Positions 1-10,800 of a DNA stretch of 45,817 nucleotides are shown here, piece by piece. The translations under genes and the position numbers were made by a program. Positions within the stretch are counted from its first letter, which is position 1. Every line of letters starts with the position of its first letter. Source of the DNA: a virus; IMG/VR virus record IMGVR_UViG_3300045520_000024, one strand, 5' to 3'. The notes under the pieces were generated by a model. It worked only from the letters and a program-made list of their open reading frames with translations, was not told the DNA's origin and made no database searches.

Positions 1-127
1 TCTTATTCTTGAATTTCTGAATCCAAGGCAGCTTGAACCTCTTCTCTGATTTTTTCTGGAACATCATCAATTGTCTTCAATCCTTTTTGAATTAAACTTA
101 CATAAATTTGAATCATTTTCCCTTACA
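1..127. repeat. Terminal overlap copy 1 (identical to 45691-45817)
   Basis: The string tcttattcttgaatttctga...aatcattttcccttaca is present at both termini. Confidence 0.95.
3..116 (-). CDS. Small XkdX-like protein (37 aa, MIQIYVSLIQKGLKTIDDVPEKIREEVQAALDSEIQE); same gene as 45693-45806
   Basis: ATG at 116 and stop at 3-5. It lies below the ORF-track size cutoff. It sits between the fibre genes and the lysis genes, and it is a paralog of 45539-45655. Confidence 0.5.
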   Translation of the reverse strand: MIQIYVSLIQKGLKTIDDVPEKIREEVQAALDSEIQE

Positions 128-137
128 TCCCCTTTTT

Positions 138-413
138 TTAAACTAAGTTTTCAAGCATTTCAAATACGTCGGCCAACGCCATTTGAGTATTAGTGATATC
201 TTCAGTTTGTTTCTCAATATCTTTTTCTTGTTTTTCAATTTTCTCTTTTAACAGTTTATTTTCTTCTTTAAGTAACTCAATTTCAGAAGGTTCTTTTTCG
301 AAATCTAAATCATCTAAATTAGTAGTCCAACCAAAAGGAACCTCTTCTCCCTGGTTGATAATTTTTTGAAGTAATTCATTATTTTCTTTTTTGTAAATTG
401 ATACTAATGCCAT
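138..413 (-). CDS. Hypothetical coiled-coil protein downstream of the fibre genes (XkdW-like position)
   Basis: ORF of 91 aa with an RBS (aggagga) upstream and an EKIEKQEKDIEKQ coiled coil. The call rests on position only. Confidence 0.55.
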   Translation of the reverse strand: MALVSIYKKENNELLQKIINQGEEVPFGWTTNLDDLDFEKEPSEIELLKEENKLLKEKIEKQEKDIEKQTEDITNTQMALADVFEMLENLV

Positions 414-431
414 GAAATTTTCCTCCTATCT

Positions 432-866
432 TTAAATACTTTCAAACATTGTGCTGACATTTATCCAAGAACCTACTTTACATTCTGCGTAATCTGAACC
501 AGTTCGATGTCTAGACATCGTTATTTCGCCGTTCGTTTTTACAGATAACATATATATATTAGCTGCAGAAGCTTGACATAAATCGTTTTTTTCTACTTTC
601 GGCCAACATTCTTTTGGAAGAACTCCAATAACTGCAGTCGCACTATTAGCAACCGCAACATCATTTGTACATGAACCAGAAATGTTAACAGCTTTACCCA
701 CTTTTGTTATAGAAACACCTTGTGCAGAATTATAGTCCTTAAAACCCGTTTGATACGTTATCTTATGGGTGGATGGTTCAAATTCTTTAAAATTTGCATC
801 AATCTCTTCTGCTGCATTCTGCATTCCACGATATATTTTTTTCATCTCTATTCTCCTATCTGACAA
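432..866 (-). CDS. Putative receptor-binding / fibre-tip protein (likely start at 845, MKKIYRG)
   Basis: Last sizeable structural ORF of the tail module. The composition is beta-rich with Cys residues. There is an RBS (taggagaa) before the ATG at 845. Confidence 0.45.
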   Translation of the reverse strand: MSDRRIEMKKIYRGMQNAAEEIDANFKEFEPSTHKITYQTGFKDYNSAQGVSITKVGKAVNISGSCTNDVAVANSATAVIGVLPKECWPKVEKNDLCQASAANIYMLSVKTNGEITMSRHRTGSDYAECKVGSWINVSTMFESI

Positions 867-1296
867 TAATTTCTATTGATCTATTTCTATCAATAATTAG
901 ATACTTATTTGTATCGACTAAAATAGCAGCTTGATTATTCATGTGATAATCAGCTGCTACCTCTAAAACTCTTTGTCCATTCACAATTGTATTACTTAAA
1001 ATTGGTACGTTAACAGGTACGGTTCCGCCAAATTTTGTATCATTACCAAAACCTGTAGATTCAATCCCTAACGAATCAGTTGAAAATAAAATAGTATCTA
1101 CAATCTTTGTAGTGGGAATCATTAAACGACCTAACGTTGTGATTTTAACTATATTAGATTTAGGACTTTCATCTGTACCATCTGACTCAGTAACAGAAAA
1201 CACATAACTTGTTGCTGGTTCTAACTCAACAACTGTTGTAACTGTATTACTTAGTGTTTCAATGACTGCATCACCTTTATATACTTTGTAGGCCAT
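856..1296 (-). CDS. Tail fibre/baseplate protein that begins with FN3 strands C-G
   Basis: The N-terminus YKVYKGDAVIETLSNTVTTVVELEPATSYVFSVTESDGTDESPKSNIVKITT matches the FN3 C-terminal two thirds. It is paralogous to the N-terminus of 1303-1827. Confidence 0.6.
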   Translation of the reverse strand: MAYKVYKGDAVIETLSNTVTTVVELEPATSYVFSVTESDGTDESPKSNIVKITTLGRLMIPTTKIVDTILFSTDSLGIESTGFGNDTKFGGTVPVNVPILSNTIVNGQRVLEVAADYHMNNQAAILVDTNKYLIIDRNRSIEIIVR

Positions 1297-1302
1297 GAAA
1301 GG

Positions 1303-1827
1303 TTACACTCCTTTCTTCCACTCCAATTTAACCGATGTGGCTGTCACGTTACTTGCAACTAAATTAGTTGGTGTTTTAACGATTGGCGTAACTGTTACAG
1401 AACAAGTTGCAAATTTTCCATTTGAACTTGTGGCTTTAATATCCGATGTACCAGTTTTAAGTCCTGTAATTAATCCAGCACTAGTAACGGTTGCTACTAA
1501 AGGATTACTTGATGTCCAAGTTAATGTTTTATCTGTTGCGTTACTAGGTGCTACAGTAGCTGTTAATTGGAACGTAGAACCTTTAGCAATTGATTGTGAT
1601 ACACTGTTTAGCGTAATTGATTCAACAGGAATTGCTCCTGTCGTAAATTCAACAGTATTAGATTTAGCTGACTCATCTTCTCCATCAGTTTCTGTCACAT
1701 GGAATGTGTATTTAGTATTAGGTTTTAAATCTGTTATTGTTGCTGTTAATTCTGTTACTGTTTTTAAATAAGTGTTATTCTCATAAATTTTGTAACTAAT
1801 TGCCACTCCTATTCTCCTCTCTTCCAA
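1303..1827 (-). CDS. Fibre protein: FN3 (strands C-G) + Big_2 Ig-like domain + FN3 strands A-B (likely GTG start at 1806)
   Basis: Big_2 signature ITLNSVSQSIAKGSTFQLTATVAPSNATDKTLTWTSSNPLVATVTSAGLITGLKTGTSDIKATS. FN3 pieces are present at both termini. Confidence 0.7.
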   Translation of the reverse strand: MEERRIGVAISYKIYENNTYLKTVTELTATITDLKPNTKYTFHVTETDGEDESAKSNTVEFTTGAIPVESITLNSVSQSIAKGSTFQLTATVAPSNATDKTLTWTSSNPLVATVTSAGLITGLKTGTSDIKATSSNGKFATCSVTVTPIVKTPTNLVASNVTATSVKLEWKKGV

Positions 1828-2594
1828 GTTAGTTTAATTGTTGTATCATCAATACTTGTTACTTCTAATTCTCTTGGAACTCTTACAGCTGATACTGGTT
1901 CTTCACCTGGATAATTACCACTTTTTATCTGAGCTCCTGTAACAGTAAAACAAAGCACATCTGTGCCACTAATTAGTAGTAATGTATCTTCTTTAGGAAT
2001 AGCTACTTCCCCTTTTAATGCATAGAATAAAGGCATCTCAACAAATATTTTTTTTCTATCATAACTTAACTGTGTTGGAACATTGAAGATTGTTTCTCCA
2101 CCAAAAATAGGTGTAGTGTCAAATCCATTCGTTTCAGTACCCAAAGCATTTTTATATGAAGTGACTTTTACATCAGGCTGATATTCTGAATGGTGTTCAA
2201 TAACAAATTTGAAGCCACTTGGCACTTGTTTAAATACAAAGCTATCAGCAAAATCTAAACGTCTTTTTAATGTTGGAAAAGACATTCCAGTAACAAACGA
2301 TTCTCTTGAATCAATTACCTCTGATATGTCAGTATTTCCAGCTATTTGTTTATCAAACCTTTGTTCCAACTCTTCTTGTAAAAATTGAGTTTCTTCTGAT
2401 AGTTCCTTAGCTTCAGTAGAAACAACTGAAGCTATTTCCATGCCTTGATATAAAGCTTCTCTCACATCAATACCACGCATTTTATACTTGATAGAATCAC
2501 TTCTAATTAAAACTCGTTTATCCACTCTAGATAAATCATAGTCATCAGGAAAATGATTAGGCGTTGGATCACGATATATAACATTGTTACTCAA
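1809..2594 (-). CDS. Baseplate/fibre structural protein ending in FN3 strands A-B
   Basis: It follows Tal. The C-terminus is VPRELEVTSIDDTTIKLTWKRGE, followed by the stop. Confidence 0.6.
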   Translation of the reverse strand: MSNNVIYRDPTPNHFPDDYDLSRVDKRVLIRSDSIKYKMRGIDVREALYQGMEIASVVSTEAKELSEETQFLQEELEQRFDKQIAGNTDISEVIDSRESFVTGMSFPTLKRRLDFADSFVFKQVPSGFKFVIEHHSEYQPDVKVTSYKNALGTETNGFDTTPIFGGETIFNVPTQLSYDRKKIFVEMPLFYALKGEVAIPKEDTLLLISGTDVLCFTVTGAQIKSGNYPGEEPVSAVRVPRELEVTSIDDTTIKLTWKRGE

Positions 2595-2600
2595 AAGCTA

Positions 2601-4103
2601 TCATCTCCTTTCCTCAAGTGCTTTAATTCTTTTTTCTTGATTTTCTTGAATTGAAATAAGATTAGAATTGATTAATTGTTGTTCTTGATTGCTTCTCTTT
2701 AGTTTTTCAACATCTAACATTATTGAATTAATTACCTCTTTATCAGTAATAGAAGCACTAATTCCATCTAATTTCTCATTAATATTAGTAACAGCAGTAT
2801 TAAACTCTTCTTTGCTTGAAGCTACACTATCACCAAGATTAATAACTTCTTGTTTCGTTTCTTCAATAACTTTCTCAGCTTCAGTTACTTGTTCTTTAAC
2901 TTTTACGATTTCTTTTGATTGCTTCTCCATATCAGCTTTAATTTCTAAAAGACGTTTTCTGTCTTTTTTTAATTGTGCTTGATACTTACTTAATGTCATC
3001 TGTACATCTCCAAAATCTAAATCCGATTCTTCAGGAGCATTAATATTAAAGTTAACCCCTACAATTCTTAATTCTTCGTCAATCGCCATCGGGGGATTAA
3101 AAACATGATGAATGTTACCTTCTTGATAAGTTTCGATATCTAAACCAATCAATGATAGGTCCAACGCTTTGATTTTAAACACACCAGAAGCAACAATAGG
3201 ATTCGAAATATCTTTTTTAGCTTGACTAAGTAACCTATCAGCTTTTGTAATATCATCGTAATTGACCGCTTTTCCTTGTATGCCAAATAAATTAATATAC
3301 TCTTGTGTAGCATCTAAATACTCAATACCATTATTCACACTAGCAATTGTCAATCTCGGCTGGGAAGCATCATTCTGATTTTCTTCTGTAGCTTCTTGCC
3401 TTTCTCCTCTAGGAAAAATACGTGTCATGACTTCCGCTGGATTGATTTCTTTTGACATTGACATAAGATTTTTTGTTAATTCGATATCTGTTGTTGATTT
3501 CTTACCAATTTTTTTAAGCCAGTCAATATACTTCACACCATTTTCAACGCGTATTTGAATTTCGCCACCTAACGCATCACGATCAAGTAGTTTCTCTTGA
3601 ATCGTTTCCCAAGTAGTAGACGAATCATCCATATAGTAAAACGTATCAGGTAGCTTATTTTCAACATCTATTTTCCCAACAGTGAATTGTTTGTACTTTT
3701 CTACTTGTTTGTTGTGAACGCTGATAATATGCTCAAGTATCAATCTTGAAGTCCCTTTTATTTTCTTAAAACTTTGAATGCTATCTTGAAGAAATCCCTC
3801 TTGTGACTCACATAAATAAGTAAAAGCAAATGTTTCATCTTCTGAAAATTCTTCGATAGGCTCTAAAACTCTACCTTCAAACACTTTTTTATTGTTCAAC
3901 GTATCAGTTACATCAATTAAAGAAATTAAAGGTTTAATTAAACCGAACCCTGGATTATTAGGATAAATAGTAAAAGTGAAAGAATGAATCGCGTTAATAC
4001 CACGTTTCAAACTATTACTTTCTACTTTGATATCGTTTAATAGAGGCGAATGTATCATGATTGGCTCTGAATTTGGTGTTTCTCTTAATTCAACTAAATA
4101 CAT
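2601..4103 (-). CDS. Tail-associated protein Tal (prophage-tail endopeptidase-type N-domain, coiled-coil C-terminus)
   Basis: It lies immediately after Dit. The N-terminus MYLVELRETPNSEPIMIHSPLLNDIKV is typical of siphovirus Tal proteins. The C-terminal third is a long coiled coil. Confidence 0.7.
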   Translation of the reverse strand: MYLVELRETPNSEPIMIHSPLLNDIKVESNSLKRGINAIHSFTFTIYPNNPGFGLIKPLISLIDVTDTLNNKKVFEGRVLEPIEEFSEDETFAFTYLCESQEGFLQDSIQSFKKIKGTSRLILEHIISVHNKQVEKYKQFTVGKIDVENKLPDTFYYMDDSSTTWETIQEKLLDRDALGGEIQIRVENGVKYIDWLKKIGKKSTTDIELTKNLMSMSKEINPAEVMTRIFPRGERQEATEENQNDASQPRLTIASVNNGIEYLDATQEYINLFGIQGKAVNYDDITKADRLLSQAKKDISNPIVASGVFKIKALDLSLIGLDIETYQEGNIHHVFNPPMAIDEELRIVGVNFNINAPEESDLDFGDVQMTLSKYQAQLKKDRKRLLEIKADMEKQSKEIVKVKEQVTEAEKVIEETKQEVINLGDSVASSKEEFNTAVTNINEKLDGISASITDKEVINSIMLDVEKLKRSNQEQQLINSNLISIQENQEKRIKALEERR

Positions 4104-4816
4104 TAAATAACCTCCTTATACCAAAAGAATTCGATTGTTCCGTTACCCTTGATAAGCATTTTATTCTCACCTTTTTTGATGTTAAACTTCTTCGTTTCTG
4201 TTGTTCCTTGTATAATTTCATACACCGTATTCTCTATCTGAATAGTCATGTTAGAGCTTGCTATGATTTTCGGATAACAAGAAGTTGCTCCAACGTTAAA
4301 CATAGTGACTTGTTGTTGACCTCTGATGTCATACTTAGTAATCTGAGCGATATCTAATTCAAAATTAAAGATATCCCAAATATCGTTGCCTTCTGCCTCG
4401 TTTGAAATCTTAAATGAGTAAGCATCGAACGTCACAGTCATTAAACCTTTTCCGTTTCTTTCTTCGAAATCTGGTTCATCGACTACCTCAGCTAAGAAAT
4501 GATATCCAGGAATAGCATCGTCAAACAAAGGAACTCGTTCATCCACTGGGACAAACGAGTTCAAAGCTTTTATTTTTAAGGTGTTCATATCAACTTTGTT
4601 ATGCGTTTTTTTATCAAAAACGTTAAACGTATATGATAATTCGCGACTTTCATATTCTTGATCACCGTACAATTTTGAGAAATCAAGGTCAATATTAGAA
4701 AAGGGAACGCGTTTCTTATGCTTTATCTTCTTAGGATTGCCAATTTTTTTCTCAACAATTGTTAAACCTAAGTCGTTAAAACTATGTATATTATCAAACG
4801 AAATTCCATAATACAT
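4103..4816 (-). CDS. Distal tail protein Dit
   Basis: It lies directly after the tape measure with an ATGA-type overlap. The N-terminus MYYGISFDNIHSFNDLGL resembles the phage tail family (Sipho_tail). Confidence 0.7.
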   Translation of the reverse strand: MYYGISFDNIHSFNDLGLTIVEKKIGNPKKIKHKKRVPFSNIDLDFSKLYGDQEYESRELSYTFNVFDKKTHNKVDMNTLKIKALNSFVPVDERVPLFDDAIPGYHFLAEVVDEPDFEERNGKGLMTVTFDAYSFKISNEAEGNDIWDIFNFELDIAQITKYDIRGQQQVTMFNVGATSCYPKIIASSNMTIQIENTVYEIIQGTTETKKFNIKKGENKMLIKGNGTIEFFWYKEVI

Positions 4817-7800
4817 TAATTCAGCACTCCCCTTTCTTCTAATCTTCCTCTTCTTGCTAATTCATTATCGGTGTGTGGTGCTGTTTGACGACTCACACGC
4901 TTACCGTCCATATTAACTACAACAGTACCGTTTCCAACGCCTGCAGCAATTTGACGTAATAAAGAAATGATTTCAGATAAATCAGTATTTGAACTATCTG
5001 AATTGCTACCACCTAACACATTAATCGTTAATGTTCCTAACTGTTCTGCGACTGAATCAAATAGATTGTCTAAAGAGAAACTCTTAACACTATTTAACTT
5101 GTCACTCATGTTTGTCATCAAGTTACTAGCAACATTAGGAATATTCGAAATAAACTCCATTCCACTCATTCCCATGTATTTCAATGACTGCATGATAAGT
5201 TCCATTGCGCGCTTAGGTTTTGTTAACGGGATAACCATTTCTGCTTTATTTCCTTCTCCAGCTCGATATAAACCGTCTTTAGTGATTAAACCGCCGTTTT
5301 CATAGCCAACACCACGATAAGCAGCTGTTAAACTACCGTAGCGACTTACAGCATAACGAATAGAAGCAAGCATATTGGATAATGGATCATAGATATCTTT
5401 ATTGAATGGCGCCCTAGCGTGAGCTCTAAAGGTTGAACCAATCACTTGGAGCAGTCCTTTTGAAGGGTCTCCATTAATAGCATTGATATCCCAATTATTG
5501 ATAGCTCTAGGATTACCACCCGATTCAGTACGCATTTGATTCATCATTGCGTTTAAGTTGGAAGCTGAATATTGCCCTTCCATTTTTAACGCTTTAATAG
5601 CTAGACTTCTCCAACGTTCAACGCCACTCATACCGCCAGTGTCTCCACTACCAGTAAAGATATCACCTGAACCCATAGCACCGTTTAAATGTATATGGTC
5701 GAAGTGGTCATTGTCTGGCCAGTTTACCCACGAACCAGATGAACCAGTTCCGGATAACCCCAATCGGTCTCGGACTTTACCAAGCGTGATAACATATCCG
5801 ATTTGTTTAGGGAATTTGTTAAAGGCGTAATCTGCAATTGTTTTATACCTAGAATCGCCAATAACTCCTGGATAAGCTAAATCTAGTGCTTGATGTTTAC
5901 CATGATAATACGGGTCGCCTGGACGATAACCAGAAGTAACAGTTAAACCAGGGAATTTGCCCATTAATTTTTGAGCCACATCAACAAGATATTGATAAAC
6001 GTTATTAGCGTTCATTGCACCATCAAACGTTCCATGACTAAAGAATTTGTCCATTTCAGACTTAACTAAGCCAAACGCTTCACCAGTCATTAACTTAGTT
6101 GCTGATTTACTCATATTTAACCAAGGTTCTTTGACTCCATCAAAATTAACACGCTTATCAATAAAGTTCCTAAATGCATCTGGACCGTCTAATAAATCAA
6201 CGATATCAAAATCTCCGATTCCATCTTTATAAGCAGGTAAACCGTTCATTTTCGCAACAGTTCGACCACTCATAACTTTAGTCCCTTTAGGTAAGTTAGC
6301 TATCAAATTCTTGATACGTGGGAATAAACCGACACGTCCGTCAGGTGTTTGATAAGCTTCTTGCCAGTTTAAATCTCTAGCATCATTTACTAGAGCTGGA
6401 CCGTTAAACGGATGTCCATCTGTTCCTTTGGCATAAGCAGGAATCTTCCAGGAAGGAAGTTTTCTATCTGAGCCGACTTCGCTTAAAACAAAATTAACGC
6501 CAGTTAGCAATCCGTTGATACCTTTGCTAATTCCGTTTAACATTTCTCCGTTTATATTTCTGATAGCTGTTTGAATAACTCCTTGTCCATTTTTGATACC
6601 TGTTGCTAAAGAATTCATCAAACTTAATCCTGCGTTACGCATATTAGTTTGATGCTTATTAACATTCGCTACCATCAATTGACCAATACTAAATGCACGA
6701 CCTTGAGCTAATACAAATAAACTGCTAAAACCATTTATTACGTTTTGTAATAAAGATTTACCAGTTTGAGACATTTGAGGAAAATATTTAGATAAGACTG
6801 TGTTAAGCATTGTCATTAAGTCGTTACCAGATTGGTTCATTTCAATGGCTGTTGAATCAATACCATCTGATACTGCAGAACCTAACTCACTACCAACGTT
6901 AAACACATCAGGGATATCATTTGAGAGAACATCAGTAAACTGCGTTCCTAAATTCATGTCCGTTTGAACGTCAGGAGTTTGAGTTTGATTATTAATAATT
7001 GGCTCAGCAACATTAACAACTGTTTGAGCTGTTTCAAATGTTTTAGAAACAACACTTCCCATATTTTGCACAGCATTTTTAACAGTTCCAGCTTTATCTG
7101 AAATACCTTTAGCAACACCAATTGGAATCCATTGAGATATTTTAGCCATTACTCGTGAAGGAGAATGAATATCAAGTTTCTCTTTGAACCAACCTTTGAT
7201 ACCGTCTGTGACTTTACCAACGGCATCTTTAACAGCGTTTATTTTATCGGTGATACCTTTTACAAGGCCGTCCATAATGTTTTTAGCTATCTCTGTTAAA
7301 TCAATAGAGCTTACTGTATCAACAATATTATCTTTTATTTCAATGAATTTATTAACGACACTATCTTTTAACTCAATAATTTTATTAATAAATCCGTCTT
7401 TTAGATCAATTACTTTCTGAACTACTGAATCTTTCAATTCAATAATTTTTTGAGGTACCTCAGTTACTAGCCAAACGAACATAGAAACCACATCAGCTAC
7501 TAATTCGTTAATTTTTTGAATAACTAAGTTTTTCATATTAACAAAGCCATTAACAATAGTATTTACAAGTGATAAAACTAGCTCAGCTAATGTTGTAATA
7601 GCTTTATTCCATGATTCAACTATCCAATTCCAAATAGTTGTAAATATTTCGACTACCTTGTTTTTAATACCTGTTACAGCAGTAACGATAATACTCGTTA
7701 GAAATTGGAAATAACCTATAGCAAAAGTAATAATACCTTGCCAGATACCAACAATGGCATTAGATAAATTTTGCAAGATGGCAATTAAATCTGTTTTTAA

Positions 7801-10800
7801 TCCTTCAAAATCACCAGTGATTAAATCAATAAGCAATAATATAGGTCCCATTACAACATTTTTTATCAGAATAAAAGCATTTTTGAATATACTTACAAGC
7901 CCAGTAAACATCGTTTTAACGCCTTCAATTGCTCCTGAGAAATGTTCTAATATAAAACTAGTAACAGCGGTAAAAGCAATCACTACACTATTCTTTATAG
8001 ATTTACCTAAACTAGTGAAAAATCCAGTAATACCATTCCATGCATCTTTTATCCCTTGGATAGCGCTGATAAAGATATTAGCGATTCCTACCCAAAGATT
8101 ATTAAACCAATCTTTTAAACTTTGCCATTTAGCTTTGACATTATTAATATGACCTGTAACACCATCAGAAATTGATTTCCATAAGTCTGTAAAGAAAGAG
8201 CTAACTCCTTCCCAAGCCTTTTTAACACTCTCTGATGCTTTAGAAAATACGTCAACAATACCATTCCAGATGTTTATTACTGCGTTTCTGAAACCTTCGT
8301 TTGTTTTCCAAAGGTACATTATACCCGCTACAAGCCCGATGATTGCGGTAACAATTAAACCTATTGGATTAGCATTCATTACAGCATTTAGAACTCCTTG
8401 AGCAGCTGCAGCACCTTTTAGTACCGCTTGGTATGCCAACATTGCGCCACGAGCAATAGCCATAACACCTTGATAAGTTTTGTAAGCAACTATTAAAGCT
8501 AGAACTACTTTTGTAACATTTCTAACAACACTTTCATTTTTCTTCATCCAATCAGAAAAATCATGTAACGCAGGAATTATCGTGTTTTGGATTATATCTC
8601 CTAATTTTGTAAAAGCATTAGTTGCTTCATTTGATATTGCTACAAAAATAGAAGTTCCACTTGATAATGTATCTCCTGCAAAAATTCCAAATAAAGTTTG
8701 GAAAATGTCAATTATTCCACCAATAACACCAGAAATAACATCTTTAGCAGTTTGGAAATTTTTCTTAGAATTTTCAAGCCATGCAGTAATAGCTTTACCT
8801 AATCTAAGAATATTCATAGTCCCTTTTTCGCCGAAAGTACCGCCTAAGTAATCATCCATTTCACTAAGTGTGTTAATAGAACCTGTAGCCACTTTAGCGA
8901 CTGCTTTAATACCTGTAATAAAATCGCCTATTACAAATAAAGTATTTTTGAGACCGTTAATAAATCCGTCGGCTGCATCTTTAGGGAACATCTTATAAAG
9001 TTGTTCTCTTAATGCATCCATAGGTTGACTAAACTTAGTAAAATCCTGAGTAAACAACGAATTAAAGAAAGCAAATACTACTTTTCCAGTTGCTTTGATA
9101 GCTGGTATTAAATCCGTAAAAGGTTTAGCAAGTTTAGAAACACGTTCCCAAACTTTAAATAATTTTTCTAAGTTAGCGATAATCGAAGCGAAAGCTTTAT
9201 TAATAATCACTTTTCCATTATCGATATGCTTAGCAATCGTAGCACCAGTGTACTTTTGAGATAATCTATCAAGTTCCATGATGACGTTTCCTACACCTTT
9301 ACCAATAGCGTTTCTCAAGTTACCAAATGAGGTAGCAATACCTTCACTGTTGATTTTAGCTAAATCAGCTAACTCCCCTGTTCCAGTACCCAACTCAATA
9401 ATTTTCTCTTGGAACTGGTCAAACGTCACTTCGCCATCTTGCATTGCTTTTTGAAGGTCAATCATGGCACTATTCCCCACGTAACCTAAAGCATTAGCTA
9501 CTTTACTTAATGAAACTGGCATTGTTTCCATCAACGTCTGCCATGAGTCACCTTCAACTTTTCCAGTAGCAAGCATTTTAATGTATTGATCCATACCACG
9601 AGCAGCTTCATCTGTTGTGGCACCACTTGCTAAGAAAGCATTGTTTAAACCAATTGTCGCATTAGTTGCTAAATCAATGTTTCCAGAAACTGAAATCATA
9701 CGTTGGTTAATACCAACAATGTCATCTAGTTTCGTAGGTAAACCATCAATACCAGCACTTAATGCATCAATTGACTTCTTAGATTGGTCAGCACCAAAAC
9801 CTAAAGCTTGCATTACCTTTGGATATTTGGTCATGGTGTCAAAACGAGAAATCGCGCTATCTAATGAGCTAGTAATAGCACCAATAATCTTGGTACCAGC
9901 TTTTAATAGTAAGAAAGCACCTGATATTTTACCGATTGAAATAGAAGCTTTTTCACTTGCTCCGTCTAACTCTTTAATTTTGTTCTTAGAGTTATCAATC
10001 GCTTCTTTAGCGCTATCCTTAACGCGATTAAAACTATTGCTAAAGAATGACTTAACCTTGCTTCCTGTTGCTCTGGCACTTTCTGACATACTAACAAACT
10101 TGTCTTTTACATTTGTAGCCATTTCAGAAGCTGACTTTGGAATATCTTTAATTTTTTGAACAAAATTTGTTTTAAGATTACTAGCAGACTGTCTTGTTCT
10201 GCTTGGTAATTCGTTGATGAATCTAGCTGTTTTACTCATGGCACTTGAAGCGCCTAGGGTCATACTGTTAAATCCTGTTACAAATAAATCCTTTGTTCTA
10301 TTTGAAGCGTTTCTTGCATGATTAGGAATATTATTTATTCCAGATTTAACTTTTTCCAACTGTGAGATTGCTAAATCTTTAGCTTGGCCAAAACCAGAAG
10401 CAAAGAAACCTGTAACTTTTTGGCCCATCGTCCTTGCTGCATTAGGTATTGATTGAATCACTTCAACAGGCTTTTTAACAGCTGAAATAATAGCAGAGCC
10501 AATATTTTTAGCCATTCCGACAACTGAGTCTTTTAATTCGATAAAGGACCTCTTAAATTCACCAGTTGAATACTTAACCGATTCAATAAGATTTTTATTG
10601 TAGTCATCATTAGATGCTTTCATTTCTTCAAAGGTTTGTTTAGTGTCCTCTGAAAGAGTTTTATTAACATCTTTGATGCCGTCACCAGTCTTTTTATAGT
10701 TATTGATCGTATTCTTTGATTGAGAATCTAAAGATTTACTAATAGAACCAATGGTTTTAGTTACTGATTCAACTGTTTTCTTTGTTTCAGCAAAAGTATC

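Noticed and set aside
1-127. The terminal repeat as an LTR/IS-type or att duplication
   Set aside because: The repeat lies inside a coding region (the XkdX-like gene). The genes flow seamlessly across the junction. The integrase-linked attP candidate is elsewhere, at about 40942-41250.
1295-1771. Plus-strand 158-aa ORF opposite the Big_2/FN3 fibre gene
   Set aside because: It is fully antisense to an ORF with recognisable Ig-like domains. Its composition is Val/Leu/Thr-rich with no start context.
4967-10159. Multiple plus-strand ORFs of 60-180 aa inside the tape measure gene (for example 4967-5305, 7754-8152, 9617-10159)
   Set aside because: They are antisense to a continuous 2064-aa ORF that has clear domains. 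Their translations are low-complexity Leu/Ile/Ser/Phe-rich strings of the kind produced by reading AT-rich coding DNA backwards. None has an RBS.
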